Assembly: GCA_013239625.1 (NCBI GenBank)
Contig: MU054187.1
Coordinates: 13,858,974-13,922,973, forward strand
From: Lama guanicoe
Lineage: Eukaryota
Direction of reading: 5' to 3'
DNA length: 64,000 nt
Shown: piece by piece, positions 10,234 to 22,462 of the stretch
Layout of the letters: each line of letters opens with the position of its first letter
How positions within the stretch are numbered: the first letter of the stretch is position 1
Position numbers and translations under genes: made by a program
The notes under the pieces: model-generated
Database searches by the model: none
Told to the model about the DNA's origin: nothing
The model's input: only the letters and a program-made list of their open reading frames with translations

Positions 10234-13164
10234 CTGCGGCCATTTCAATTTTTAGTAACCAAGGGGAGAGAAGTTTTGTGCTAGTTCTGTGGCTTTTGTT
10301 GTTTACTGATGCTGTTTAATCTCGAGTTCCTTTTTGATGCCTCTAGACATCATTCCCACGTACGAGAGGCCCCCCATTCTGTCCACTTCTGCAGGAGACC
10401 CTGTACTTTACATTGTAGCAAAACTTTCAGTTTCGCCTAGAAAGTGGGGGAGGAGTTGAGCTTATTTAGGGCTGGCTGGACTCCAAAGTACACTCATGGA
10501 TTTGCTTCTGATACATTTCTCCTTCAGACTGTCCTTATTTTTCAAGCAGTCAACCACCATTCCAAACTTATTTCAGTACATTTTAAATTGGATGTCTAAA
10601 ATAGCCTTGATGAAATCTAGATTAATTTGTATTAATTTCAAAGGAAATGTCAATTGAATACTGAAACCATATTGAGAAAGAACAGAGTGTATAATGCTTA
10701 TCTTAATGATTGATTAAGTTTTACCTCTTGTGGTTGGCCTTTTTAATCCAGCGAAGTCTTACTGAGTGTATAATGAGGCAGTAACTCACGAACTAGTTCA
10801 TTTGTCCTGGTTTCTTCACAATCAGTGTCACTTTTCCAGTTTTTCCCATCCAATGAGCAGTGAAATTTGAAGGAAAAAAGTAATTAGCTCTATATTCAAC
10901 ATTTTTACTTTCCACAGTGAATTCTCCAAAAATAAAATGGCAGAGTTAAATCATCTACATAAAATACAGTATGTGGAGACAGAAAAATATAGTATATCTT
11001 TTTTTTAAAAAATCAGAATTAGGAGGTATAACCAAGCTCAAGGTTGAACTTCTAAAGACCAGCCAACTTAGCCAGTTTCTTAAAAGCTTATTATCAAGAA
11101 ATCACTCAGATAAGTCTCATCAAAACAAAGTACTTTGGAGTATAAATGATTTGGAAATTTCATACCAAGAGAGGATGTTCTCTTTTACAAAAATAATGAT
11201 GCCAGATATAGCTTTCCTGGCCAGGAAGCCAAATTTCCCAACCACATTTCTGACCAGGAAGCCTTCTCCCCATCGCCTCCCTTCTGTTGTGTGTCATCCT
11301 AATTACTAGGAAATGGCTACTGGAAGTGAGATGTGGAATCTCTGGCAATTCTGGTACAATGATCAGAAGCCCTAGGTCTGCAAGGATGGACTGGATGGAA
11401 GGATGAATGACAGGGAAAAGAGATAGAGGAAAACATCTTGCATCGTACCTGCATCATCCTACCTTTTCAGAGAATGAAATATTTCCCTTGCAAAAAAAAA
11501 AATCATCATACATGGATATCAATGATGAATTGTTCACTTAAGAGTAGCATACAATAAAATGCACTGCAGACAAAAATCCATATTGGGCAGAATTTAATTT
11601 TCATGTTAGTGTTTCAAAAGGCTTTTCGGAATCTTGAAATCCTCATTGTAAATGTCAGTCGTCATTGTGTGTTAAACATGAAAGGACCTGCCAAGAGAGT
11701 TTGCCTGTTAACCAAGCATTACTATGTTTGTAAGAATACATCACAAACAAGAAGATAGATGCTTCCTTATAAGAGGTACCACTTTAGGAGCTGATTTGAG
11801 CATGGCCACTGGCTCATGGGTAGATATTGTGAGGCAGTGTGGTGTTCCCTCTCAAGTGTGAGGCAGTTTGGGTGTAAACACATCATTTAACCTTCCTCAG
11901 CCTCTGTTGGCTCCCATGGGGTGTTAAGGTCTCCTCCTCTTAGTACAACTGTGAGAAGTGAGCTAAGGAGAGGAGAGGAGAGGAAAACACATCATAAATC
12001 AATAGATATTTAACAGAAGAGCAATAGTACTTCTCACAGTGTCCTACGTTTGAACAGGTAATTGATTCTAGAAACTGGCTCTTTGATGTCATGCCTGGAA
12101 AGCTGGATCCCTGCCATGGCGATCTTGTCATTCTGGGGCCACTGGCTCGCTAGAAACCAGCTGCCTTGGGACAGCCTCTGCTGAAGTCACATGGCGTCTG
12201 GTAGCACATATGAGTCTAGTTAGTTCATCTTTGCAGAATGGAAGATGTTTTCACACAGATGGACTTGAGTTCTCTGCTGAGTCTTCTTCCGCTTTGGATC
12301 CCAAGAGGATGTGTCGGTCGGAAGTCACTGCAGCCGTGTGCATAGAGTTGATTCTGTGCAGTACAGGGTGTTTTATTTTCCACGGAAGATGTTTTCTTCT
12401 ATTCTGTTGGAAGTGGCTTCTTTACACGATCCCACAGTTGTCTATTCAGGGGCAGTTTACTATGAGTTAAGCAGCAGGTATTTAGGTGGTAGGTGCTACT
12501 CCTTGGCCAGCACCTGTGAACACTGCGGTCTATCGCTCTATCCGCTCGGACTCCAGACTTCCCAGGTGAGGGAGGTGAGGCAGAGCTTGCTTTGTGTTAC
12601 AAGCTGTGGTCATACAGCCAGTCGTCACTCAGACCCAACTCCACTGCTGGGAGGCAGCCCACAGGCTTCTAGGAAACACTTGGCAACATCCTGCTGGTCA
12701 CTCTCTACCCTTTGGACGTTTAGACATTACCAGACAGTGTGACTAATAGAACTGAGGTGACTACTAGAGAGACAGATTTTTTTTTCAAAAGATTTTTGAC
12801 TACAGGACTGATTAGCTAACACAGTACTTAGAACCTCTCACCAGACCCATATTTACAGTGAGTGTAATGTTGAAGGTGGTGAGTCTGTGAACTTGGACAG
12901 TGAAATGGCGTACATAAAAGTGACTTCCAAAAAAAAAAAAAAGAAAACAGAAATACAAAGAGAATAAGAAAAAAAAAATAAGAGTGACTTCCTTCTATTG
13001 ACTGTTTTCTCAACCATGCTTGAGATTAGTATTAAACATAGGAATGCTGTTAAAAATAAGACATGTAACTACATTTTGTACCTGCCTAAGGCTGGTTTGA
13101 CTACCCATCCTAGGAGCGAAGACAGTATTCAGTGTGATGTCCTGTTATAGGTGGTATCACTCTG

Positions 13165-13320
13165 CACCATTACCTACCTGTGACTTCTATGTCTCCCCAG
13201 CTAGAAAGGAAGCACTTTGAGACAGTAATTGTATCTTTGTATCTCCAGCACACAGCACTGGGCCTGGTGTGTTGAAAGCAGTGAAGAAATAATAGAACAG
13301 ATAAATACATGAATAAGTAA
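13165..13320 (+). mobile_element. L2 3' end
   Basis: tgtctccccagctagaaaggaagcactttgagacag...ctttgtatctccagcacacagcactgggcctgg. Confidence 0.6.
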
Positions 13321-13395
13321 ATTAATCTGTAAGAGAAAGAACAGGGAGGGAGAAACAGAGAGAAAGGGATAGAAAAAGGAAGAAAAGAAGGGAGG

Positions 13396-13550
13396 TATAA
13401 ATGACAGGGTCCTACTGTGTAGCACAAGGATCTTTATTCAATACCTTGTAATAGCCGATAATGAAAAAGATTTATAAATGAATCACTATGTTGTACACCA
13501 GAAATTAACACTACCTTGTAAATTGACTATATTTCAATAAAAACAGAAAG
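13396..13550 (+). mobile_element. Short L1 3' tail with 12-bp TSD
   Basis: gtcctactgtgtagcacaagg...ttgtaaattgactatatttcaataaaa; aaagaagggagg at 13384-13395 and 13551-13562. Confidence 0.9.
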
Positions 13551-13850
13551 AAAGAAGGGAGGCTCTGCAAATGCTAAAGTTACGGTTACTTAGCATGGAC
13601 AGATGTTACAGCAAGAGCTAAAACTCCATCACTTTTCAACCATGTATTATCATGGTGTATTCCAAGTTTTAACAAAACTGCATCACTTTATTTCTTTACT
13701 TTTCACCTATATTTTCTTTTTTTAAATTCAAGTCAGCCAGACTCAAGATTCTGGTTTTGAGATGGGGGTGCGGGACGTAGGGCAAATTGGCAGATCCCCT
13801 AAGAGGGCACTAACTTGGGTGTGTGGTGAGTTTACTGTTCTTGACCAAAC

Positions 13851-14054
13851 AGGCAGCAGAGCACAATGGCTGAAAGCCGGGCTCTGTCTTCTGATACCAG
13901 AATCTGCTCTACCCCTCATTAAGCATGTGCCCTTGAACGAGTTCTTTACTTGAGCCCTCTTTTCCTCATGGGGCTGTTGAAAGACTCAAGAAGTCGTGTA
14001 TTAAAGCATTCGGTACAGTGCCCGGCACCTTGTACACACGTTCTAAATGTTAGC
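13851..14054 (+). mobile_element. MIR SINE
   Basis: ggcagcagagcacaatggctgaaagc...gcatgtgcccttgaacgagtt...taaagcattcggtacagtgcccggcac...taaatgttagc. Confidence 0.7.
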
Positions 14055-14059
14055 ACTAA

Positions 14060-15250
14060 AAAGCCATCCTTTCCCAGGAAGGCTGTTGTTAGAACAGCGA
14101 GGAAGAGGCGGGGGGGGGAGGAAAAGGAGGAGAAAGAGGAGCGAGGGAGGAGGGATGTTCTGAGCCAACAGCTTCACGCTGCAGCTTCCGATGTAGCCCC
14201 TGCCTCTGGTGTTGATGACTCTAACGCGCCTGCTAGGAGCACAGAACGCACCATAGAAATCATCGTTTAAGGAGCTGGATGGGGGGAGGGAGCCAGGGTG
14301 GTTGGAGGGGGAAGCCTGACATTGAAGTGAACTAAATCTGTGCAAGTGGCTATTTTTGTCAGCCCAGCCACAGTGGGTGTGTGTTCGGGAGTCTACTTCT
14401 TGATCCAGCTCTTTTTAGAGTGGCTGGTTTTTCTTAAAGGCGACTCTTCCTCCATCCTTTCCCAGGCTGCTGAGCTGCTCTGGAAGACGGCTTGCAGAGT
14501 ATTTATCATCTGCAATCTGGAATAGACAACGTTTAGATTAGTAATTAACTACTCCTTTAAGATGTAAAAACAGTCTCATTATCAACCATAGCCTGGATTC
14601 AGCATAATGGTATTTTATCTATCAAGACTGCAAACAGCATTACCATTTCAAAAGTGCTTTAGATTGACAACAAAGGCAGCTTTAGTGAACGTTCGTGCTC
14701 ACATCGGTACACCACAGAAGCCTGTCCTCTTTGTTCTTAGGATGAAACCTTGATTTCGACCGTTTCTAGACGTTTTCCCGTTGTTATCAGACTGGTTCAA
14801 CTCGAGTCCCCTGCTCCCAAAGAGCGTTTATATGAAGTTACAAACTGATGCAAAAGTAGGACGTCTGTGTCATTTGGCGCTTTGAAAATATTTTTTTAAA
14901 GAATTGTCGGAACATGTCCTACCTGTTGGCCTACCCTGAAAAGTTATTTTTAAGAGTCTGGATGCGACTATTATCATTCCAACACCTGAGCCACAGACTC
15001 CATAGCACGATGCCAATGCATATATTCGCGTGTGACCCTGGAAGAAGAAAGCTGAATGAGACTCATTGCCATCACCTCTGAGTCTTCAGTACCAAGTGTC
15101 CAGACTGAGATGGTGACCTCTTTAGAGAGGAAATCAGCATCAGCGTGCTGGGGTGTGCTCTAGGGGGTCGTCTGGCTGAGTGGTGTGGGCAGTATCTCAC
15201 AGTAACATGGAAAATTTTCAGTGGTTTCGGATAAAGGACAGCCGTTTCAG
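14060..15250. promoter_or_regulatory. CpG-retaining, G-rich promoter/enhancer-like region
   Basis: polypurine G-rich tract 14100-14155, G-run cluster 14281-14311, about 16 CpG counted in 14680-15030 despite modest GC content. Confidence 0.4.
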
Positions 15251-15953
15251 AAAAATGTGGACTTTTTGTTTGTCCCTTATTCTCCCCCCTAGAGCCAGGC
15301 AGGTGGGCCACTAGCAGGCTTGTGCTAATGAATTAGGCAGCTTACACTGTACAAAGTGCATTTTCATAACTATGAACAAAGCAGGCTGCGGGGGAAATTT
15401 GATAGGTGGCTTCCACTCAAAAGACAAGATGCATTTATCTGAAGGCAATTCAGTGGTTTTTAATGGACAGCAGGGCCCCTTTGTCTCTTTGTCACAATCT
15501 TCCTGTGAACATCACCATGATTCATAGTCAAATTATAGTCACTTTCTACCACCCTAGCTATTTAAATCACAGACTCTCCAATTTACGAACTTCACGATTT
15601 TAAATAGCACCCAGGAGCACAGTTCCATTTTTTTAACACAATATTTTGAATTTGCACAAATAAGAATCGGTCACCAGGAGGTGACTTTTTGATTATTTCT
15701 TGTGCTTTGCTATAGAAAAGTGTTGGGGCTTTTACAAAGTAGTTTGATGATAAACAGTTGGAATCGCAGTCATTTCCCAGCAAGGCTTATTATTTCACTC
15801 ATGAAAGTCATTGTGTATCTTACCAAAAAAAAAAAAGGTAATAATTTCTCATTTCCCTCAAGCATCTGCACATCAGCCCTGATGCTCAGCCTGGGTAAAG
15901 GTCTCCAACGCATAAAAAAGACGAAGCCATAAAGTAACAAGTTATTGTCAGCA

Positions 15954-16095
15954 TCAGTGATTCTCAAACTTCACAGTGTATCAGAGTCATCCAGGTTACC
16001 TGGTGAACACTCAGAGACTGAGGCCCATTCCTACTTCAGCGAGGCTGGTCTTTGTATTCTTTACGGTCTCTCCAGGGGCTGATGAACACTGGGCT
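15954..16095. mobile_element. MER5A-like hAT-Charlie relic
   Basis: cagtgattctcaaacttcacagtgtatcagagtcatcc... Confidence 0.6.
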
Positions 16096-16456
16096 AGACC
16101 GTTTCATGCTTTGGTTTAATAAGGAGAAGAACAAGCCTGGACTGTCCTCTGGGAACAGTAATGGCTCTGTTTTCCCAGGAATGCTCATAGGGTATGAATG
16201 GTACGCATAGTAGTCATTTAATAAACTAGATGGTCAATCCCTTAATCTCTTGATTTGCCCAGATGCCAGCAAGATTGTTCTTAATGGATGCCATTAAGAT
16301 ATATTATAGAAACTGGATGGGGCTGACTCAAGTTCAGATTTCACAGAAATTATAGCTTCCCAGTAAATCAGACTACAAGTTTATAGACAAATTGTATGAT
16401 CATTGCTCCCGCTTGGAGAATATATATGCTAGAGAAATAATTTCCAAATGCCCATG

Positions 16457-16791
16457 CAGGACCACAGTCCTTAATCTGAGCTCCAAAGTCCCCAAACACT
16501 GAAGACTAAAAGATTTCCCAAGTTTTGCATATAAAGTCTCTTGACAACAAAATTTGGCCTGAATCTATGTGAGACTATTAATAGCCTTTACTTATTGCAT
16601 AATTACACAATTTAGTGTGACTACTGAAACATTCTACTGCAGAAATAGTCCTGATTTGGACTCCCTGCTGGTAATGTTACGCAGTAGTCCGGCATATGCA
16701 CCCTATTGCCTTTCCATCATTAAAAAAAAAAAAATTCTGAATCCTGGATACATCTGGCCTCAAAATGGTCAGAGATGAAGCTGTAGAGCAG
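16457..16791. mobile_element. Old TcMar/Tigger-type non-autonomous DNA element
   Basis: degenerate inverted ends caggaccacagtccttaatctga ... aaaaattctgaatcctggatacatctggcctcaaaatggtcagagatgaagctgtagagcag; subfamily uncertain. Confidence 0.5.
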
Positions 16792-17201
16792 TAATGTATT
16801 ATTCCATATTGTTGATGGAGAGCTGCAGATTCATCTGCCACGTTGGCTCACTCCCAACAGTTGCTATTGATAAAATTCAACAAGATAAAATTCATTCGAT
16901 TGAAACTTAAAATGACTAACTCTCCTTATTAAGGAATATGACAGATGTTAATGCTCATTCTCTACTGAATGAACCATGGATCTCTTTACTTTTTTTCTGA
17001 CAAAATGCCCTGCTTGAAAAAAGCAAAAAGGAGTTTGTCTGGTTTTAGATGCATATCCCACCATCCTTTACCTTCTAGCCCACCCTTTTGATCCCCTTTT
17101 CTTCAGAGTCTACAAAATGTAGGGGTAATACATTCTAAATTGACTTTATGACTGAAGTCTGAAACAGAGGTAAATGTGATGGTCAAAAATGAGCCAAATT
17201 A

Positions 17202-17730
17202 TAAAAACAGACAAATAGACCAGTGAAACAGAATTGAGAGCCCAGAAATAAATCCAAGCACATATAGTCAACCAGTATTTTACAAGTGAGCCAATAAGAC
17301 TCAATGGAGAAAAGACAGTCTCGTTGATAAATGGTGCTGGGAAAATTAGATATTCACGTGTAAAAGGATGAATGTAGACCTCTATCTTTCACCACTCACA
17401 AAAATTTGCTTGAAGTGGATTAAGGACTTAAATGTAAGATCTGAAACCATGACAATCATGGAAGAAAACAGGGGAAAAGCTCCTTGACATGTGTCTTGAC
17501 AGTGATTTTTGGGAATGACACCTAAAGCACAAGCAAGAAAAAAAAATAAGCAAGTGAGACAACATTGAACTAAGAGGCTCTACACAGCGAAAGAAACCAT
17601 CAACAGTGAAAAGACAACCCACAGAATGGAGGAAAAATTTGCAAACAATATATCTGATAAGAGTTTAATATCCAAACTGTGTAAAGAACACATACAATTC
17701 AATAGCGAAAAAAATCCAAGTAAAAATGGA
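17202..17730 (+). mobile_element. L1 ORF2 fragment (disrupted)
   Basis: translates KNRQIDQ*NRIESPEINP...QWRKDSLVDKWCWEN*...[14 protein letters not shown]1 ORF2 C-terminal motifs with stops. Confidence 0.9.
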
Positions 17731-18675
17731 TTATTTAAGCATCATATACTTTTTACGCAAGAACCTAACAATGCTTGTGGCTGATTCTTAACATAAGTTT
17801 GGGTTGTAGTTGAGTTTGCAAATAATTTCTGAGCTAAATAAACAACAATGTGCTTGCTTTCCAAATAAGGACTATTAGTTGTGATTGATAATGTATGGAT
17901 TTTGCCAACTATGTTAAGTAATGAATGCTCCTTATGGGCAAAATCAATTGCCTACTCTGCTTAAAATCTTGGCTTCAATTCAGAGTTACTGTGGGACGAG
18001 GTTACACCTTCATAGCTTGTAAGCATGTCAACTTAGCCAGTGTTCATTAATGCAAATTAGTTGAAGACAAATGTTCTCAACAGCATATTTAAAGAGGATG
18101 TAGATCCTTTCTGCGATGTTTTGCAGATAGCTAGATTCAATGTTTAGTTTCAACTGTTATAGTTACCAACTTCATGACAGTGTGAAAAGTACAGTAAACT
18201 TAGTAATGAGTCATAAATCGGGTCCTCTGCAGTAGGATGGGAAGATTACTAAATTAACTATTACTAACTAGCAGTTGAGCTTAGAAATGGGGGTGGATAT
18301 AGAACATCATTTGTGGAAGACTGTCCTGCTGTAAGTTCAAGAGCAGACAACAGTCTGGATTCTCTTTCCTCAGAAAAATATACAAATTTCAGTACTTAAT
18401 TCTTACATAGCTATTAACTCATAGCAATTGTTTGTCAGATTCCTTACTTTTGATGATATTTTTACTGCAATTTAGAAGCATCTCTATTGGGTCCCATTAA
18501 AAAAATCTGAATGAGGTGTGGGATTTTCCTGATTTTCAAAATGGCAGCCCTATACTCACTGCAGACTTGCAGCATATGTTTAGAACCAAGAGTTTTCAAA
18601 GTATTTGTGCACAAAATATTTCACTTTACTCAAATTGACAAACTTAAAACAAATACAATCTTCATAGATTCCTTA

Positions 18676-18835
18676 AAAGAGTTCTCAACTTGAGGGCCTC
18701 TCTGAGGAGTGGGGACGGGATAGCCAGTGTTCTGTATGTGTGGAATTTGCGCATTTTTCCTGGAATACAGTCCGTGATATCCATCAACTTCTCAGAAGCT
18801 TTATGACCCCTCAAAAAAAGGTTAAGAGCCCTCAT
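18676..18835. mobile_element. MER103-like hAT-Charlie relic
   Basis: gagttctcaac ... tccatcaacttctcagaagctttatgacccctcaaaaaaaggttaagagccctc. Confidence 0.55.
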
Positions 18836-18939
18836 TTTAGAGAAATAACCACCTACAGTTTCTAAACTACAAATGGATATCTTTCTGTTTTTTATTTAAA
18901 ATGCGTACTGACCTGTACAACTCACCCTGAACTCTGACT

Positions 18940-19420
18940 CTGGGCAGGAAGTCCTTCCGGGAGTTGATTGTCAGATCCTCACTTGATTGCTCATACTACC
19001 GGAAGTGACTTGTAGGATTGTTTCCTGATGCTTAAAGGGCAGTCGTCTAAGTTGTCTTCTAAGATAGCACCTGCCAGCCCCGTGTCTGCTTCCTTCTTCC
19101 TCAGCTCTCCCTGGGGTTTACTTCTCCAATTCAGAGCCATCCCCAGCCATTGGAAACATGGATGCATTATGATGAGGACTCACAAGAAGCCCTGCCTGCC
19201 CTCCATTAATCTCTGGGAGAAAAGCAAACCACTTTCAGCCCACCCTTCGCTGTCCTGCTGTGACTGTACACAGCCGGCATATGGTGATACAAATTAATTG
19301 GTTGCTTTGGCATCGTTTTGCAACTCAGTACCAGGGCAAAGGGAGTCGAGTCTGAGACTCTCTGGCAAAAGAACAACACACTGAACAAAGAATTAAGCTA
19401 AAAATAGTTTCATCATATTA
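18940..19420. promoter_or_regulatory. Enhancer candidate with ETS and MEF2 consensus sites
   Basis: ACCGGAAGTG (18998-19007), CAGGAAGT near 18945, CTAAAAATAG (19398-19407) in non-repeat DNA. Confidence 0.4.
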
Positions 19421-19849
19421 AATTACATCGTTGTTCTAGCCTGATAAAGAGCGTTTCTTCAATAGGGGCATCTGAGAACATGATGGCATAGGACGTGGTT
19501 CGTGTTGGCATCACACTTAGAAAGGGTGTAACTTCAAAGTATTCTTTATGGATAATCATCCCAAATTTCCATCATTTTAAATATTATTTACATATTCCAA
19601 CTATACTGTTTATTAGGATTAAAAGATCCATTTTTCTATTTTCTTTAAATTTGACTTTCAAATATGAAGTGAAAGATCCTGGCTTGAGGACATATTACGA
19701 GATTCAGTGGATAAGTTTAAGCTTCTGAATGGTTTCATAGGTATCATCCCGTAATCACTCCACCCTATTGCGCTCTATGGTTTCTTTTCAGATCTTTCAG
19801 CTCTCTTGAAGAAAACCTCTGTGCTATCTGCCACCACCCCCACAATAGA

Positions 19850-20178
19850 ATTTATTTAACTGATATTTATTGAGCACCCGTTGTATGCCTAGTTCCACAT
19901 TAGGCACTAGGGACACAAATGTAAATTAGGTTCAGATCCTCATCCTCACTTACAAAACTAGGGTAATAAGAGAATTCAACAAATACATAAGAGATTTCAA
20001 CACCATGTGAAATTGCTATCAAACAGTCAAATATGGAGGTACAGTGGAAGCAAAAAGGAGACGTACAGAACTTTTCAGGATGAGAGAAGACTTTCCAGAG
20101 GAGACTTTTAAGTGGATGAGTAGGAATTAAACAAAGAGAGTGGGAAGTGCTTTTCAAGCAGAGGAAATGGCCTGGAGG

Positions 20179-20212
<34 letters not shown>

Positions 20213-20400
20213 ATAAATCTGGAAAATGGCCTATGATTTAGTAGGGCTAGGACTTTGGGTTCAGGGAATAAAGGACCAGAAGATTAGGCTGGAAAAAATC
20301 AGGGACCAAGTAAAATGGGTTCCCTAAAACTTGTAACAGACTTGGATTTTGTCCTGAAGATTAAAGAGAGCCTCAGAAAAATAGAAAGAATAATCAATCA
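19850..20400 (-). mobile_element. L2 3' region with internal poly(A) run (20180-20211)
   Basis: tatttattgagcacccgttgtatgcc...taggcactagggacaca...ggatgagtaggaattaa...tttggattttgtcctgaag. Confidence 0.75.
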
Positions 20401-21974
20401 TCAGTTCTATCAGTACCACATAGTTCTCCCCTTTATTTTTTCTCCAATTGTTTCTTGGGAATTTTATCTCTCCAAATAAAGAAAAGAGAGAAACTATATC
20501 AAACTGTGCCATGTTCAACACTATAGGGAAAACAGACATTGAACCAAAAAGTGCTGATTGATTGATTGGAACAGTCCACCTGCTTCTAGATGGCTATAGT
20601 TTGGGCCCAGCTTAGTGACTTCATGAGTATCCTTTTGTTAGGTACTCAGCTTCTGAGGGTTTTAAGGCTCTACCTGTTTAAAAAAAAAAAAGGAAGAAAG
20701 AAAAGAAAACTTATTCGTGAACTTCTATCTGCATTTGTTTGATATTGATACTCTTTGAGGTTGGATAATATTCAAATAGTGACTTAATTTAGATCAAGTT
20801 GAAGTCAGCCTATTTGTATGATATTTGAAATTGTGTCATGCCAAACAGGTACTGTTTTTATTGACATTGACCCAGAAGAGCATATAAGATATCATTTTCT
20901 AAAACACAGGTTCAGAATCAGGTTTCTGGCTGGGAGGTGTGAGCAGGGACCTGTGTGCTGAGTGCTAGGGCTCTTGGAATTCCCCCAGTCAAGCCAGCTA
21001 ATGCCTCAACTTCTTCAATAAGAAGTTTGGACCACTGTCTCCTACTACAAACGTGGCAGGGAAAGACACTTTGTTAATCCTTAGTAATCATTCAGACTTA
21101 ATATGAATATGTTTATGAAATCCTTCCCAAAGAGCAAATTGTCTCTGGGAAAACCTAAGAGGACCATAAACCACTCGCTGCCAAAAGGAAGGGATAGAGC
21201 AGAAAAAGGCTCAGATAGAGAAACACAAACTTGACCCTGTTCACGGTATACTTGGCCAGCCCTGTATTCTCCTTTGATGATTCAGTCAGAACTACAGCTA
21301 AAGAAAATCCATCAGCCTGTCTTTGAATCCTCAGTACCTAACTTAATTCTCGTAAGATCTTGTATCATCTGTTCTTCCAACTAAGTGAAGTGTTTCGAAA
21401 TTTACGGGACTAAGTATTTTTGAATCTCGACAGGTAGCATTTGCAGAAAGAGGAAAATGAATTCTAAATTTTTCCATGGGCTATTGCATCGTATATAATA
21501 TAACTTTATTCTAGATATTTTAATTGATGTCTTAGATATCTTACTGTTTTTAATTGATGTGTTTTTCTCTTCTCAAGACATGTTCACTTTTCAGGTCCAC
21601 TTTCTCACTGTGAGCCAAAATACTGTTGATTATGGAAATGGAAAAAAATCACCTCAATGAATGAGAAGTTTCCTTCCTCTTAAATAGAGTCTCAGGGATA
21701 ATAAACCCCCGTGAAATCTAAAGGAAAGAAAAAGAGCAGAGGTCTTTGGAAAATAGTTAAAATAACTATTTTAAATAATCTTGGCAATAAAGCCCCCAAA
21801 TTTGTTATTATTTCTAACATTATGTTTAAACTGCATATATTTTCTGTATCTCCCTAAGAGCTTTGGTTATAATACGGCATTTTGCACAGGCTAACTCTGA
21901 TGACTTTGGTTTGAGAGGAAGGAGACCAGATTTCATACTCGCCTTTCCAGCCTTTATTTCTGCCGCTTCCCAAT

Positions 21975-22235
21975 GAACACACGGTTTGTGTGCCTCTCTG
22001 CGGTTTCTAGAACAATGCCACGTACCATCATATTTGGGAGCTTTAACTTTGTAAGGTCCCTTTTACCCCCTTAATGCCTGCTACATCCCTGCTCCTCCTT
22101 TGATCCTCAGTTCAAAAGTCACTTCTTTCTTAACTCCCTGGACAGAATCAGTGACTCTCTTGTCTGTGCTCATTTTTCAAGTTGTGGGCATTTTTGCTAC
22201 CTACCCTGTTTTTACATGGCATTGTGATTATGGTT
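21975..22235 (+). mobile_element. L2 fragment
   Basis: cctgctcctcctttgatcctcagttcaaaagtcacttc... Confidence 0.5.
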
Positions 22236-22282
22236 TCAGGTAAGGCTTCTTTAGGTTTTGTCACACATATTCACTATTGATC

Positions 22283-22462
22283 CTTTTTTATGGAAGTATA
22301 ATTGATCTGCAGTATTCTATTAGTTTCAGGTGTACAACATAGTGATTCAATATTTTTATAGATTGTACTCCGTTTAAAGTCATTACTAAATGATGGCAGT
22401 ATTTTTCTGGGCTGTACAGTATATCCTTGTTGCTTGTTTATTTTGTGCATGGTAGTTTGTCT
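22283..22462 (-). mobile_element. Short L1 3' tail
   Basis: ttttttatggaagtataattgatctgcagtattctattagtttcaggtgtacaacatagtgattc...; flanks attgatcctt / attgagcctt resemble a TSD. Confidence 0.85.

Noticed and set aside
17202..17730. Reverse-transcriptase-related coding relic as an active element
   Set aside because: Short L1 ORF2 C-terminal piece with multiple stops.
20180..20211. Isolated poly(A) run as a separate retro-insertion
   Set aside because: No element body, and the flanking similarity (ggaaatggcct / ggaaaatggcct) is not directly adjacent. An expansion within L2 is simpler.
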